Origin: Vicugna vicugna
Taxonomy: Eukaryota
Assembly (NCBI GenBank): GCA_013265495.1
Contig: MU058294.1
Location: 124,001 to 176,759 of the forward strand
Length of the DNA: 52,759 nt
Reading direction: 5' to 3'
Of this stretch, positions 15,457 to 29,214 are shown one piece after another. The first letter of the stretch is position 1, and every line of letters starts with the position of its first letter. The translations under genes were made by a program, and so were the position numbers. A model generated the notes under the pieces. That model made no database searches. It was not told the DNA's origin and saw only the letters and a list, made by a program, of their open reading frames with translations.

Positions 15457-16078
15457 GGGCCTCTCAAATGTTTTGGCCTTGGGATCTCTTTACATACCTG
15501 AAAATTACTGAGAATATCAAAGAGCTTTTATTTATGTTGGTTATATCCGCTGATATTTACTATTTTAAATATTAAATGGAGAAATTTCCGGAATATTTAA
15601 TTAATCATTTAAAAAACCAGTAAGTTCATAACATATTAACATAAAAGTGTTTATGAAAAATAACTATTTTCCAAAAATAAAAGACTTAGCAAGGAGAATA
15701 TCAAGAAATTTCCAAAATATTTAATTAATCATTTAAAAATACCAATAAGTTCTAACATATTAACATAAAAGTGTTTATGAAAAATAACTATTTTCCAAAA
15801 ATAAAAGACTTAGCAAGGAGAATATCATTGTTTTACTTTCTGCAAATCTCCTTTAAGTCTGGCTTATTACAAGACAAGGAGATTCTCATATTTCTTTCTG
15901 CATTCAATCTGTTTCTATATTATACTTTACAAAGCCTCTGTACACCCATAAGAGGACAGAGTTCAAAAGGCAAATATTGTCTCTGAATTATTAAGAAAAT
16001 AGTTTTAACTTCACAGATACCTTTAATAGGGTCTTGAAAACCCCTAGGGGTTCCAGGACCACACTTTTTAAAAGGTGG
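15457..16078 (+). mobile_element. hAT-Charlie DNA transposon (Charlie1-like, internally deleted)
   Basis: 5' end 'ctctcaaatgttttggccttgggatctctttacatacctgaaaattactgag...aaagagcttttatttatg' and 3' end 'cccctaggggttccaggaccacactttt' match Charlie1 termini as recalled. Confidence 0.7.
15580..15827. repeat. Direct tandem duplication, 2 x 124 bp
   Basis: 15580-15703 and 15704-15827 both read agaaatttcc..aatatttaattaatcatttaaaaa...aaaagacttagcaaggagaatatca, with only a few differences. Confidence 0.95.
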
Positions 16079-18944
16079 CAAATGAAAGTGATTTGCAGAC
16101 CAGCATAAAATTAAGGCCCATAAACAAAGGCGCTTTAGCTTCTAAGTCTAAGAATTCTGGGTTTCAACAGAATTAGAATTATAATGGAACCAAGCTTGTA
16201 GAGACAATTATCCACTATCCTATTTCCAAATGTAAATATAGAATCAACTCTATAGACTTTCCTTCAGGTAGTCATGGAATTTTAAAGCAGGAAAAATTGC
16301 TTTTGCATGTATAAAAGATTGTACTGACAAGCCAATAGTAAAGTTTACTGAAGAATTACATAATTAAGATTAGATCATAGCTTTACTTCATTACAATAAT
16401 TACGGTAAGATGTTAGAAAGCATTACTGAGGGACAGCTCTCTTTTCTGAAGAGCTATTATAAAATGAATATCCACATATTTAGAACAGTATAAAAAATAT
16501 TCCTTTCTGGAGACAGAACATGAACTAAAAGCCTTTTAGAATCTCCTTCAGACTTAAGTGTCTCTGAGTATTTTTATCCCATTGAAATGAGCTCTGACAC
16601 ATCTGATATTTCTGCCTTTACATACTTTTCTATTTCACATACAGTAATTGCTGTAAACTTCTCCATTTACAATTCTTTGTTTTTCCTCTTAATTCTTCTC
16701 TTTTCAGTGTTTTGGCTCCAATTCCAGCCACAACTCTCACCTAGTTTCATTCACTGTTCCCTATACTTTTCCATACACCTATTAAGTCAGTTTACATTTT
16801 GAAATACAAAAATATAATTAAATGTTATACATTCTTCTGCATTATAAAGACAACAGCAACTCAAACTATGAATAAGTTGAAAGAGAGGTGAAAAACATAA
16901 TGACTTCAAATGACAAAAAAGTTGGAAATAGACGCTTGCACATTACTTTGTACGCAAAAGCGTTTCAGTTATTTTAATACTTTATGTTCTGCTTGTATCA
17001 TCAACCACCCACTTGTTCTTTCTCAATCTATAAACCCCAGGGAGGGAAAAACAATGATAAATCGAATCTTGTCCTGGGTGAATACACATAAATGACCTGG
17101 TAAAGATACTCCAAAAATAAGAAGGAGGCAAATAAGGCTTTTTATTTTTTAGGAAAAAAAAATCAAGGAATAGAGTTTAACTCTTGTATAATACAGTCAG
17201 TTAAAGCTTTCTAAATCAGCCAAAGGTTGTAGCTAAGCAACACGATTCTTCGCTGTGCTCAAAAAGGGGGCTGCCAAGCATCGGTAGCCTCATTTCTCAC
17301 TGAAAGCTTTGACAAGTTTCCACCATATTTTATGTAATTGTCACAGAGGGAGTGCCATATTAGATCTGATTTGTTGTCATAATGGGATTTTTTTCCCTCA
17401 TAAGTTAATGATCCACAGCTATATTTAACCCCTAAAAAGTCACCCCCAGGCACTCACTGTATATTCTGATTGCCTCTCATATCTAGAACTGGACAAGTAG
17501 CAATTTTTCTGCTACTGAATATGACAAAAGCAAAGGTTTAACGGGTAGAGATTTTTTTCCTGTTGACTCCATTATAAACTTAGCTACATACTCCAAATCT
17601 GTTCACTAACTTCATATTTCATGAGATGCTCTCTCATCAAATTGAAAAGATCAAGAAATCTAGGACTTTGAGTTCACATCCATTGTTGTATGTTAAGTCA
17701 GTCTTCCTGTCCCAGCCCACTCTAGCCTAGCTGTGTGTGCTGATCTCCCACCTTTAAGCTCAGCCACATTTTAATCCCAGGTCACAGAGAAGTTTGGGAG
17801 TATTTTAGGTGTTCTGCCTTCAGCAATAGTTAGAATCTAAAATGTATTTATATATTATCATAAACACAGTAGATCATCTTGGCATCCCTGCTCCCAGTGA
17901 GTTCCAATCTTCCATAGCCACCTTTGTTGTTTTATTCCTACATTCTGATTTGTATTCTAATTCCCTGCTAGGAATGGGTCCCTTTCCTTAACACCTGCCA
18001 TCTTAACTGATGCCCAGACAATGTGTACAGCCCTTGCCAAACTCTACCTACGGAGATGGATCTTATCACTTGGGTCCAGTCCTCCCAATGGACATTCCTA
18101 CCATCCCCAGTCACTGCCAGGCATTGAAACAAGAGTACTACCACTGGCAAGAAACTTCTGCTGCTACCACTCACATACCTACAAGATGAAAGCCGGCTAT
18201 ATTGATCCTAATCCAAATTTCTATGTGAGCTTGCCATACGCTCTTGGAAATTTATTTTGGCCACCTAGAGCTAGATCAGTTCTTCTTGATTGGTATATTC
18301 CTAACCAATTAGTTAAGTATAAGATTCCAGCATGCCTCTTGGCTGAACTCCTATGGGTAAAATCACAAGACTAACAGTATCAGCCCATAGGCTGTTACCA
18401 GTCAGTGATTCTCTCTCCAAACTACCATATGTCACTCATAGTACCTTTGTATAGTTTAAATTCCTGAAATACCACTTCTACTTTCACGACCTTAATCAAG
18501 TTACTTAAACCACTCTTAAGTCTTAGTTTTCTCATTTAGAAAAGAGGAATAACAATATATAATTAAGTATGAGATGGGTATGTCTTATTTTTTATTACTA
18601 AATAATTATTTTCTTACACACAGATTGAAAAACAAACTTGTATCAAGGGGATACTTCACTTCTGGTGTCTCATGGACTTTTCAGGCTTGGGCTAAAGAAA
18701 ACTCAATTATTAGCAAATATTATCAAAAGTGCCTTTACCTACACCACTCATGAGAGATCTTATAAATAAGATCTTGTAAGAGCTTTTTTAAAAAACATTT
18801 TATGTAGTCCATGAAGTTGACAAAGTAGAAAGCTATAAATTAAGATTTAATGATTCAAAGTACTGCCAATGCAAGGATAATCAGAGCATTGCTTTTGGAT
18901 GGAAATACCTTTTAATTGTTCCCTTTAACATATGTCAAAAGTAT

Positions 18945-19950
18945 AAAATCTCAGGGTTGCAAAGAAATTTAAGAGGCACCTAGTCCAACTGTACAGCCAC
19001 TGTTGCATGAAGTTTTTATGAGTCCTGCAAAATTCTGTCAAGTTGTATCTTTCATGTTGAAAATACTAAAGCTGGTAGCATCCTCACCAAGTGGTCATTT
19101 AGGCTATATGTGATGCCACAACTCTAATATATAACTTTACAATTTCCTTTTTAAAAAAATATATGTTCAATTTTTGAACAATTCTGATTTCTATAAAGTT
19201 CCACTTGCATTGAGCTAAACAGAGCCTTTTGCAATCCCTGTTGGTTTACTTGTAAGTCACAGCTTAGCCCCTGGGTCCTTTCAGTAAAAGTATAAATATC
19301 CATATGCTAGCTATTTTCATATTTGAAGACAGTTGTTAGATCAACCACAGGTCTTCTCTTCCCTGGAAAAACATTCTCAATTTCTTTGATTCTTCAAAAC
19401 ACAAGGTGTCAAAGTCCTTAATAATACTAATTTTCTCTTCTAAATGGACCTCAATTTCTATGTTGAATTGCAATTCAATATATTGAATGTTTTATGTATG
19501 TTCTATAAATTTCTATATTCCTTGTCACACTATTTCAGGTGTTTTCTGCTGAGTGGAGAATACAGTGAGATGTTAACCTCCCAAAATCCAGAGAACAACC
19601 TAAGACTAAGTTGGCTTTCGCTACTGTAGTTTTGCAGTCACACCACACTGTTGACTCATATTGAACTTTCAACTCTTCTCCCAAATATTTCTCACATGTG
19701 CTACAACTCAGCCCTACCATTCTTTCTATGCTCAAAAGTTAGGTTATTTGATTCATTCAGGATCTTTCTTTTGTTCCTATTAAGTTTCATCCTGATAGAT
19801 ATGTCAATTTATCCAACTCAGCAGTATCTTTTTAGTCTGATTTTTAACTTCAGATGAATTTATTATTCTTAATTACTTGTTTCTCGTATCATTATTCAAA
19901 GAACTGATGAACATTCTGGCCAGCACAAGGCCACAAATAAAACCCTATAA
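18945..19950 (-). mobile_element. CR1/L3 LINE relic
   Basis: CR1-type motifs 'cacactgttgactcatattgaac', 'cttctcttccctggaaaaacattctcaatttc' and 'aagaactgatgaacattctggccagcacaaggcc'. Minus ORF 19535-19735 (TCEKYLG) resembles the CR1 RT EKDLG motif. Confidence 0.55.
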
Positions 19951-19969
19951 TAAACTACTTTTCTAGTTT

Positions 19970-21148
19970 CAAGATGGAAATATTGACAGTGGTTACTTGG
20001 TTCCTACATTTGCTTTCAAATTTCAATGTATTACCTTTTACATTTGACCATCTATTTGGATTTACAGAATATATTATTTTAAATTGTAAAACATTTACCA
20101 ATTCTTCATAGTAAGATGGTCTGTGACCTAGAAAATCTTCCCCACACAAAGATTTTCTGATTATCTCAAAGCAAACTACTCATTTCTGAACTTGAAGATT
20201 GGTTATGCATCTTTACAAAAAAGGCAAATGTTCCAAATATGCTGACCTACTCTATGATGACAAGTGCTTGTCAGTGGTGTCTATGAAGCAGGTATTTTTT
20301 TTTTAAATATATAAGCTATTCCTTCAAAGTAAATGTGACATTTTAATAATCCATGAGGAAGCCTTTTGAAGTGAGCATTTTGAAAACNNNNNNNNNNNNN
20401 NNTTCAGTATTATTTCTGTTGCCAAAAGCTATAAATACTCACATAGCCATACAATTTAAACTTGGAAATAAAATTTCCTAATCTGTTTAAAAGTATTCTG
20501 TGAAAGTTTGAGTGGACTATTAACCTATTCTTTTAAAATATTAACATGCCTAGCTTTCCAATTAGTTTTCAGGGACCATTTGACATTAGGTAAGATGAAA
20601 AACTGCCAGCTGTACTTCTGAAAAAAGACAAAACAAATGGAAAAAAAAAAACACCTTTGCAAACTTAGTAGTTGAGACTGAAAAATGAACATTATAATTT
20701 AGCAAATACAGTCAACAATTTATTTCTTAAATTTGGACTAACATATACTTGTGAGGCATATTTTCAACTATGACAGACATTAAAACTAAGTATAAAAATA
20801 AACTGAACTTAGAGACCTCTGAGTCACTGCATTATTAAGTATTAAACTAAAAATTTTTTAAATGATGAAGCAGAATCCTAACACTGTCCCTGAAATTTTT
20901 TCAAAAATTGTAACTCAGTCAACTACATTGCTCTCATTAAAGATATGTTTATTTTTACAAGATATAATCTACATTAAAATATCATTTCATCTTTATCTCA
21001 ACCCAATTAAGTTTCCTGATTTATAATATACAGAATATATAACATAAGACGCATATACTTTGTAGACTAAAAATATACAAATACTCTGGGTGGATGCTTA
21101 AGGCATTTTTACTAACAGAGTATATTCAAAAAGTTTCAAGACCACTGT
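19970..21148 (+). mobile_element. hAT-Charlie transposase-bearing relic
   Basis: 20720-20815 translates, with one frameshift, to FLKFGLTYTCEA/FSTMTDIKTKYKNKLNLE, matching the hAT C-terminal dimerisation motif. The element ends in 'aaaagtttcaagaccactg', a Charlie-like TIR. Left boundary uncertain. Confidence 0.6.
20388..20402. other. Assembly gap (15 N)
   Basis: Run of n characters. Confidence 1.
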
Positions 21149-23009
21149 CCTAATGTTTCCTATGTCAAATAACGACAAAAAAAAAATCTTCTAATGGAAA
21201 CAAAGCAAAAAAAAAAGCTTTCAAACAAAAATGAGTAGCAATTTATTTGAGTGTTTTTAATAAACTATTCTGTAGGAAAGGATTTTGTGTACTCAAAGCA
21301 AACAATGATATGGAAATAAGTCAAAAATTATTTAAATAGATACTGAAAATATAGGCAGGTCCAGGTAGCAGTGACCTGGATCAGTTATGAAAACAGCCAG
21401 AATAATCCTGCAATCCAGCTCAGGGTGTCGACTCAGATCTTATTTTACTATGCCCTTCAAAAAATACTTAGTGGCCTCCTAGACCCTATAACAACCCAAA
21501 CTTGCTGAGAGATAATTTTCCTCACCAACTCTCCCATGCCTTTCTAAAATGCTCCTGAGGCTTTGGTCATTGGTTTCATACCACTTAGCTGTTTCTGACA
21601 TCAGATTTGCTGTACTAGTTTAAGATAACTTGGAGGCTGAAAAGTCAATACACTGGGGAGAAAATTTTTAAATGAAAAGTTTGCCTTAATTGTAACTTTG
21701 AAATTGGTAATTCCCTCAAGTATTTATAAGAAAATAATGTTAAAACACTGGCAAGATAAAATCACAGTAAACATGAGTGCCCTTGTTTCTTGTAATGTGG
21801 ATATTCATCAAGACAGGCCCCTACACCCAATGATCCCGCGGTCTGTAACAGAAGATTTGTGACAAGGAACAAAGGAGCTGAAAAATGCCCTGGACAAAAG
21901 CTTTTCTTTCTGTTTTCTCAAGCAGTAAAAAGGTCAATAGAAGCCAATTCCTAGTCTCCAGTTCACATCACTACAGGGAACGACTGAACTAATCACAAGT
22001 CTGAGGATGTGCCCTGAGTGACCAGCACCGACTACAGAAGCTTAGAGAAGCCCAACAGAAAAGTATGAAGAGTTTCAGGCCAGCCCCATGCAAATCACAC
22101 TACCCACCAAGGGCCTCACGGGCCCAGCCCAGGACACCAAGATCTCTTCCTCCCAATCCCAGGACTGGGCAAGGAAAGGGGTGGAGGGATCCAGAGTTCA
22201 AGTCAAAACATGCATTTTGTAGACTCAGTGTTTGTTGATGTTATTTTTTGATCACTGAACCTCTTTCTACAGCACATTCAAATGAGATTCATTGAACGGT
22301 CGGTTGTCTTACAGGGTATGTTTTTCCAGTTTTTCTTATAGGAATTGAATAAATACAATGCTCCCATATATAATGCAAAAAGTTAAATATTTCACCCTAA
22401 TTTTTGTTAACCAGAATAGAGGGTAATAGTTTATCTTGAAATAAGTTAGTTTATCTGAAAGCTTTAAAGAGATGGAACACATAGAAAATTAATAATCCTG
22501 ATGCAATGAAAATAAATCAATATTCCAAAAGGAGAAAGAAGTTCTTCCAATAAGACCATCTAGTCAGATAAATAAGGAAGAAAAAACTACACTGAGATTA
22601 TTAGAGGCAAGCAGAAACTGTAATAGACTGATAAGTTAATATCTCCTTGTTTCTAGACAGACTGCTTATTGAACCACCCAGGAGCACCACTGAAACAAGG
22701 CTATACAGAAATAAGCACATACAGATCAATATCCACAATATGACACCCATGCAGAAAAAAATTCCACTCTGGCTGAAAGACAAAGCTACGTGGCTATATG
22801 CCATTGGCATGGAGATAGGTAATCCGGTTAAAGATATTTACCAAATCAGTGAATGAAATTCGTATCTTTAGAAATGTCAGAATCACCCAAAGGGAAGTAG
22901 AAACTCAGAAAAGTTCAAAACCGTAAGAACAGATAATAAAGGGAGGTGAAAAGATCGTGACTTCTGTGACTTGACAAGACAGAAACATCCTCTCTACATA
23001 ATCGGGTCC

Positions 23010-23410
23010 CAGTTTGGGGTGAGAGTGAAGGAAGTGAGGGCTGTGTGGAAGGCTGGCTACATGGAGGTTTATGGAGATGTGAGAGTGGGTGTGGGGGTTG
23101 AGGGAACATGGTGGGGATGTGTGATGGGCTTAGAGGATGTGGGTGATTGTGGAGATTTCTAGAGGGATTAGCGGGTGGGAAGGCTGAGGGATATTGTGGT
23201 GGGAAGTGTGGAGGGCAGGCACAGGTATGTGTGGAATGTAGGTGGGGTGTGGGGAGCTGTGGGAGATTATTTGGGTGGTGGTGGCCTATAGGAACATGTG
23301 GCTTATGTGTGGCAGGATAGTGGGGCATGCACATGGGAAACATGCAATGAGCGTATGTATATGTGTGCACACCTGCACATCTGTCTACACATCTTTTTGT
23401 GTGTAGTGGC
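23010..23410 (+). repeat. G/T-rich low-complexity region
   Basis: Many GGG/GTG runs (gtgggtgtgggggttgagggaacatggtggggatgtg...). It produces the spurious Pro/His-rich minus ORF 22915-23412. Confidence 0.75.
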
Positions 23411-23794
23411 ACAGATAAGTGCTTCCTGTTAAATTTCCTTTTGATTTAAAATTCCTAATCTTACAATTGCACTATGTACAACCATCTTTCACAAGGGAAA
23501 AATTCAAATGGAAGATGTAGATTACTCTATTTACGGGAATAGCCCCTATTTTAAAAGACAAAAGATTTATACAATCTGAAGAGAAACCAGAGTATCAGCC
23601 CCTATTTTAAATAAATCAAGCTGACTTTTCTCATAAATTCATGGACTCAAAGTTGAGATAGCCCAAGTACTCAAGGTCAGGAACTTTATTGTACATTTGT
23701 TTCAGAGAATTTGGGGACCTCACAGATAGATCACTGAAAATGAAATGAAGATGGAATCACTCGTCCTCTTTGAAATGACAAAAGACAAGTGACA

Positions 23795-24305
23795 CTAATT
23801 TAAAAAGACACATGCACCCCAATGTTCATAGCAGCATTATTTACAATTGCTAAGGCGTGGAAGCAACCTAAGTGTCCACCAACAGAATAATGGATAAAGA
23901 AGATGTGGTATATATATATATACAATGGAATACTACTCAGCCCTAAAAAATAATGAAATTTTGCCACTTGCCCCAACATGGATGGACTTGGAGGGCACTA
24001 TGTTAAGTGAAATAAGTCAGACAGAGAAAGAAAAATGCTATATGATATCACTTATATGTGAAATCTAAAAAATACAACAAACTAGGGAATATAACAACAA
24101 AAAAAGCAGACTCACAGATATAGAAAACAAACTAGTTATTACCAGTGGGTAGAGGGGAGCGGGGAGAGGCAACATAGGGTTAGAGGGACAAAAAGGGTTA
24201 TTACAGGATTACATGAAATTAGTTGCATGAAACTTGGAAACTATAAAACACTGTAGAACTTAAAGAATATTTCATTCAATAGAAAAATTAATTACTAAAA
24301 AAAAA
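23795..24305 (+). mobile_element. 5'-truncated LINE-1 3' end with poly(A)
   Basis: 'aaaagacacatgcaccccaatgttcatagcagcattatttacaattgc...tggataaagaagatgtgg' is the ORF2 end, followed by the 3' UTR and an A tail. Candidate TSD aagtgaca on both sides. Confidence 0.9.
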
Positions 24306-24906
24306 GTGACAGTCTTATTTCTAGAAGTATGATCTCTATGCCTGTTCCTCACCAACCAGAGTCGTGTGAAATCAAGTATGGATAGGAACTGAAAATTGGA
24401 AAAAAAACACATCAAACATACACATTTCCTTTCCAGGTTACTATGCAGAGTTTTCTCCTTATTTTCAAAATCACCCTGCCATACTTTCTCTTTTGCTTCT
24501 CTAGCAGATGGCAGGGTGTCTGAATGAATACCATCAATGTTTCAACAAGCATCATACTCCATAAAAATGTGCATAATCTGGTTGATCCCTCCTGGGACTG
24601 GTTTCTCACTTCATGGCTATTTTAATTTCTAGCCCATTTTGAAGAATAGGGTCAGCCTTCTACTAAAGCCAAACTTCAGAAATAATTTTAGTTTCAGCCT
24701 TCTCTCTGTCCCCAAATGAACAGTTATTCTGCACAAGTTTCATTTTCTAATCTTCTTTCAATTCATTTGGCAACATTCATACCTGCATAGGAGATTTTTT
24801 CCCCCAGAGATGCCTCTTGTTCACTTTTCCACACAAATACAATATATTCAAAGGTAATATATTTCTGAGCTTCCGACTTCAGAGAACTTTATCTCCATGT
24901 TCTTAC

Positions 24907-25012
24907 CTCTGAATTGTTAAAGTGACACTTGTGAGTTCCTGAAAACCAGCCATCACTTGAACACTAGTCAATGTCCACTTTCTGAAGATTTATGTCAACT
25001 TTCATGACACCC
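24907..25012 (-). CDS. GPR158: GPR158 exon 2 (106 bp, codons 301-336) with an in-frame TAG at Gln317
   Basis: The minus strand reads tttctctgtttttaag|G GGT GTC ATG AAA GTT GAC ATA AAT CTT CAG AAA GTG GAC ATT GAC TAG TGT TCA AGT GAT GGC TGG TTT TCA GGA ACT CAC AAG TGT CAC TTT AAC AAT TCA GAG|gtaaga, i.e. GVMKVDINLQKVDID*CSSDGWFSGTHKCHFNNSE. The phase matches the exon 1 end (AG+G = Arg). Confidence 0.95.
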
Positions 25013-27039
25013 CTTAAAAACAGAGAAAGACAGAAAGAACAAATTAATCTGGGCTTTTGCAATTTGTAACTCTTTATTCTACCCTAGAAGTCAGACAAAT
25101 CAGCATAAAGAATGCACTAAAAATTTTCAAATTTCCCACTCATATTCATTTAATGGGTACCAACTGAAGATAGAGACACAACAGAACAAAATCAGCAAGT
25201 ATTATTTTTATATAAATCCCAAAGGTAGGGGCTCTATACTGTTCACTGTCTTCAACTCCCTGTATAATGATTGGCAGCCAGTAGGTGTTCAATAAATATT
25301 TGTTGATTGACCAAACTCGGGACAGTATTGCTCCAGACATGGTAGCAAAGCTGACTCTGATGTAATACCTGTCCCCAGTACCCATTCTATTAAAGTAAAA
25401 AAATTTAAAGCTCTTATCTCATTTCTTTCTATTTCTAGTTCCCAATGCAAGGCCAGGGATGGGGAAGTTGGGACAAGGTGGCAAGGGTGCTTAATTAGGA
25501 GAAAGACAGTGTCAGAAAATAAGCATCTCTTTCCTCTGATCTTCTATCACAGTCATTTTAATCAGTTCTTCAGGTCTTCCAGTGTTCCACACCAGAGATT
25601 TGCACCATCCACAGAAGTACTGATTAGTGTTTATTCTTTTAAGTCTAGAAACAAGAACACTGCATTTCACTTACCCATTTGAGAAAAGTCATTAAGAAAG
25701 AGAACTCACAAATTCAGAGCCAAAAGCAAAATTGCGAAGAAAGTTCCAACTTTAAAATTCCTCCATTTTTGCCAACAAATCTCCCTACATTTTCCTAAGA
25801 TCGCCCGTTTCTATTTTTCACCACCACCAGCATCCCTAGCAGCAGAAGCAACAGACATACCTGTCCTACACTGAACTACTGCACCTGGACTTAATTGAAA
25901 TAATTTTTCTGTGGACTGGGCCGTGAAGTCCACAGCTCTGTAATGTCTTTTTTCACAAACTTAAATAAAGTAGAAACACTCCAATAAAACTCACTAAACA
26001 TAAAAACACATGTTCAAGGTCCCATGTCCCCAACTGAAACTATTTTCATTATGATATTATTAAATGTGTACAAACATAAAGGTAGGCTCAAATTCCTTAT
26101 ATTTTAGCTCTTCCAGCTACAACATACACATACACACAAAATAACAAAACAAATGCAAATGAAACTGTTAAGCCAACAAATTTGAAATTTAAAATATTAA
26201 TTTAAAAACACCAATGATTACATTTTTTCACCTCTCAGAAAAGGGATATGATACCAACTGCTAGCTCAGCAAGCCTATTTTACCATGTTATGACTCATTT
26301 TTCTCATCTCTTTTCTCCTTTCAAGCTACTGTGAAATCTTCTGACAGAGTGGCTTCACGTCACTGGGGCTTCATCTAGAGTGAATAAATCATTTACTTCT
26401 TAAGGCTGCCTCTGTTCTTGCTAACCTGTGACAAAGTATGTACTACACCACATAGTGCTAACAAAACTTCCTGTCAGTACTTGGATGTCCAGGCAACCCA
26501 GGATATGTGTAAGTTCACTTCTCAGGGAATCACTGAAAGGAAAACCCAAGCGTTTACCATAAAAAAACTAACAAATCCTTCCGAGAAATAGCCACAGTTT
26601 GCAAAACATTACTATTGTGGACCGTAATTCCATAAAACAAATGCAATTCATGTGATAAATAACTGAACTCCCAAGTAACTGAATGTCTTCACCCACTTCA
26701 CTCCTTTGCTCTTTCAACAAATACTTATCACCTGGAATGTGCGTAGCAACATGAGAAGCCATGAAGGTGAACCATACAGGTCCTGCCCAAGCAATCCCAA
26801 AAGGTTTAAGATGTCTTAAAAAAAGTATCAGAACGTTTCATGGAGAACAGATGCTAAATCCTGGGGGATGTGGAAAGCTACCATTTGGGGTAGAGCAAGT
26901 ATTCCATAAATATTGGCTGACTTGTTGACTGCCTTCACCCACCAAGATTTCCCACAGAACTATGTTCTATCAGGTCCTGCCAATCATGCAAACCCACTCT
27001 CGGCTCTACTCGTCCTCTTTGGAAAATAACATTCTTTTT

Positions 27040-27360
27040 CTAATTCATTCAATAAATCACCTATTGAGCACCTACTATGGGCCAAAATTATTCTTGGTCT
27101 TTGAATACATTAGTAAGCCAGAGGGAAAAAAAAAAAGTTCCTGCCTTCATGGAGCTCAACTCCAGTGTGTGACAAATAATAAATCATGGCTAAAATAAAT
27201 AAGTAAATTATGCTACACATTACAAACTAAAAAGAGCAAAGGAGAAAAAAAAATTCAAGCAGGTAAGGAGGATGGGTGGGAACAGAGGGTAGGTTATAAA
27301 AAAAAATTTTTTAAGGATGTCAGGATAAGCTTCACTGAGGTGAGATTTCTAACCCAATGG
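27040..27360. mobile_element. L2 fragment
   Basis: 'attcattcaataaatcacctattgagcacctactatgggcca...cctgccttcatggagctca' is a classic L2 3' motif. Confidence 0.65.
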
Positions 27361-29214
27361 TTCAAGGTATAATCATAGCAAGTTTGTACTCACACACTTC
27401 CTCAAGGACACAAAATTTCCCACTGGACTAAGCACAAGACGGAATTCATCCCCAAAAGAGATTTGTGATTTCCCTAATGTTCTCTCTTCATCAGTGGGCT
27501 TCCATCCATCCAAGTCCATAACCTGTTCATTCTGAAACTCACCCCCTGAATGAAAACAGTTGCCAAGTTCCTTAGATTCTACTCCCTGTCTGCTTCCTGT
27601 ATCTCGACCCGTACCCACCATTTCTGCTGTTTCTGCTCGGTTCAGGCTTTCATCTCAGGGAGCTAAAAAAATTTTTGTAATAGTTTACTAATTTAGACCT
27701 GTCTGACTTTGCCCCAGGTGAGGATCTCAGTTTGTAGGTCCTGACGTTTATACAGTTTAGGGTCCTTCTTTAAGAAACAAAGACAAAATCATGAATATAA
27801 ATTTATATCACAGTATGACCTTTGGCCCTACATCTGTGTGTTATAACTGCTGGCTGGGTTGTAAGATCATTACCAGAAAGTATTTCTATACTAAGATGCT
27901 GGCGGTAACTTAGCTATAGACAGATCTGACTATAAGCTATTTTAATATATATTACTAAATAATGCAGAACTGATCCTTAACCAATTTCCAAAAATGCCCA
28001 CAGCCTAGGGAAAATGTAGTGGAGGGAGTTTATAGTAGAAAGAGACCATTCAGTGAAATCTTCCTTTTGCAAATTTTACAAAAAAACAGAAAACCACAAA
28101 ACTCGTTAGTGCCCATTCCATGACTTTAGAAAGTTCCCATACAAGCCAGCAGCCCTAAAGCTTAAGCATCAAACACTGCTGTCTGTTTAATCTTTGAAAC
28201 CTGTAAATATGATCCTCATAATTCCCTGCTTAAAATCAGTATTTCCCACTCTTGTAAAGAATAAAACCCAGGCTCTTTGGTGTAACATTATATCCAGGTC
28301 CCTTCTACTTCCAACTCTCCACTCACTCTCTTGAATATATTCACTGTTCCAGACAATTCAGAACCACACATGAGGCCCTAAATAATTCATGCTATCTCAG
28401 AAAATCATTCTTTTATAGATACCTTCATACCTAAAGCCCCTTTGCCTAAGCTGTGCTTTACCTATCATAGCTCCTACCCGGCTCCTTTCTAAAGCCTTCG
28501 ACGAACTCCAAGTCTCATTTATAAACTAACTCTCTATTCTCCCCATTAAACACTGTGCTTACCTTCCTTATACCACTAGCACTCTTTACTATAATATTTG
28601 ATTTTTAATGATCTGTTTTTCTCACCAGACTGAAACTTCTATAGCCCATGTCTTTGTAATATTTTCCCTCAGCTCCTAAATCCGCCCACCCCCAAAATTA
28701 ACCCTGAAAAAACTGCAGATACGAGGGAGATGCAAATGGTAGCTAAAATAACAATGACCAAAAAAAGAAGAGAGAGACAAAGAGAAACTAAAAACCATTA
28801 TGAACTTATATGGGTGAATGAATGGAAAGAAAAACTAGATAGGCTGAAGGAAAGTTTTGAAATCCTGCTTTTGTTTCTTCACCATGTTACCTTGGACAAT
28901 AATTTTCCTTCTCCAACACTCCAAAAAATTGACAGTAACAGCCCATGTAGTCCTTTGTTAAGACCTCAGAAAGATCTAAGGCAGTGTTTCATAGAGGCTT
29001 TCAGCGAGACTAAAGAACTTCTGATGGTCATATGGGTATGCCTCAAAGACCTTCTCTGTTAAACAGAGATTCTAAGATTCTCAAGGCTTTACTGCATAGC
29101 AACCACAGGGCCTAAGATAGAAAACTTATCTTAAAAGAGATTTGTAAATGTGGCTTTCATCTAGTAGAATGAACTCCAGTAAGATTCATGGAAAACCCAC
29201 ATTTTTCAATGAAC

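Noticed and set aside
22915..23412. 165-aa Pro/His-rich minus-strand ORF
   Set aside because: It is a by-product of G/T low-complexity sequence, with no domain or convincing splice context.
1..24906. GPR158 exon 3 (CMPIKGLGFVLGAYEC...)
   Set aside because: I did not find it by eye. Intron 2 is very long in other mammals, so its absence from the window is expected and is not evidence of deletion.
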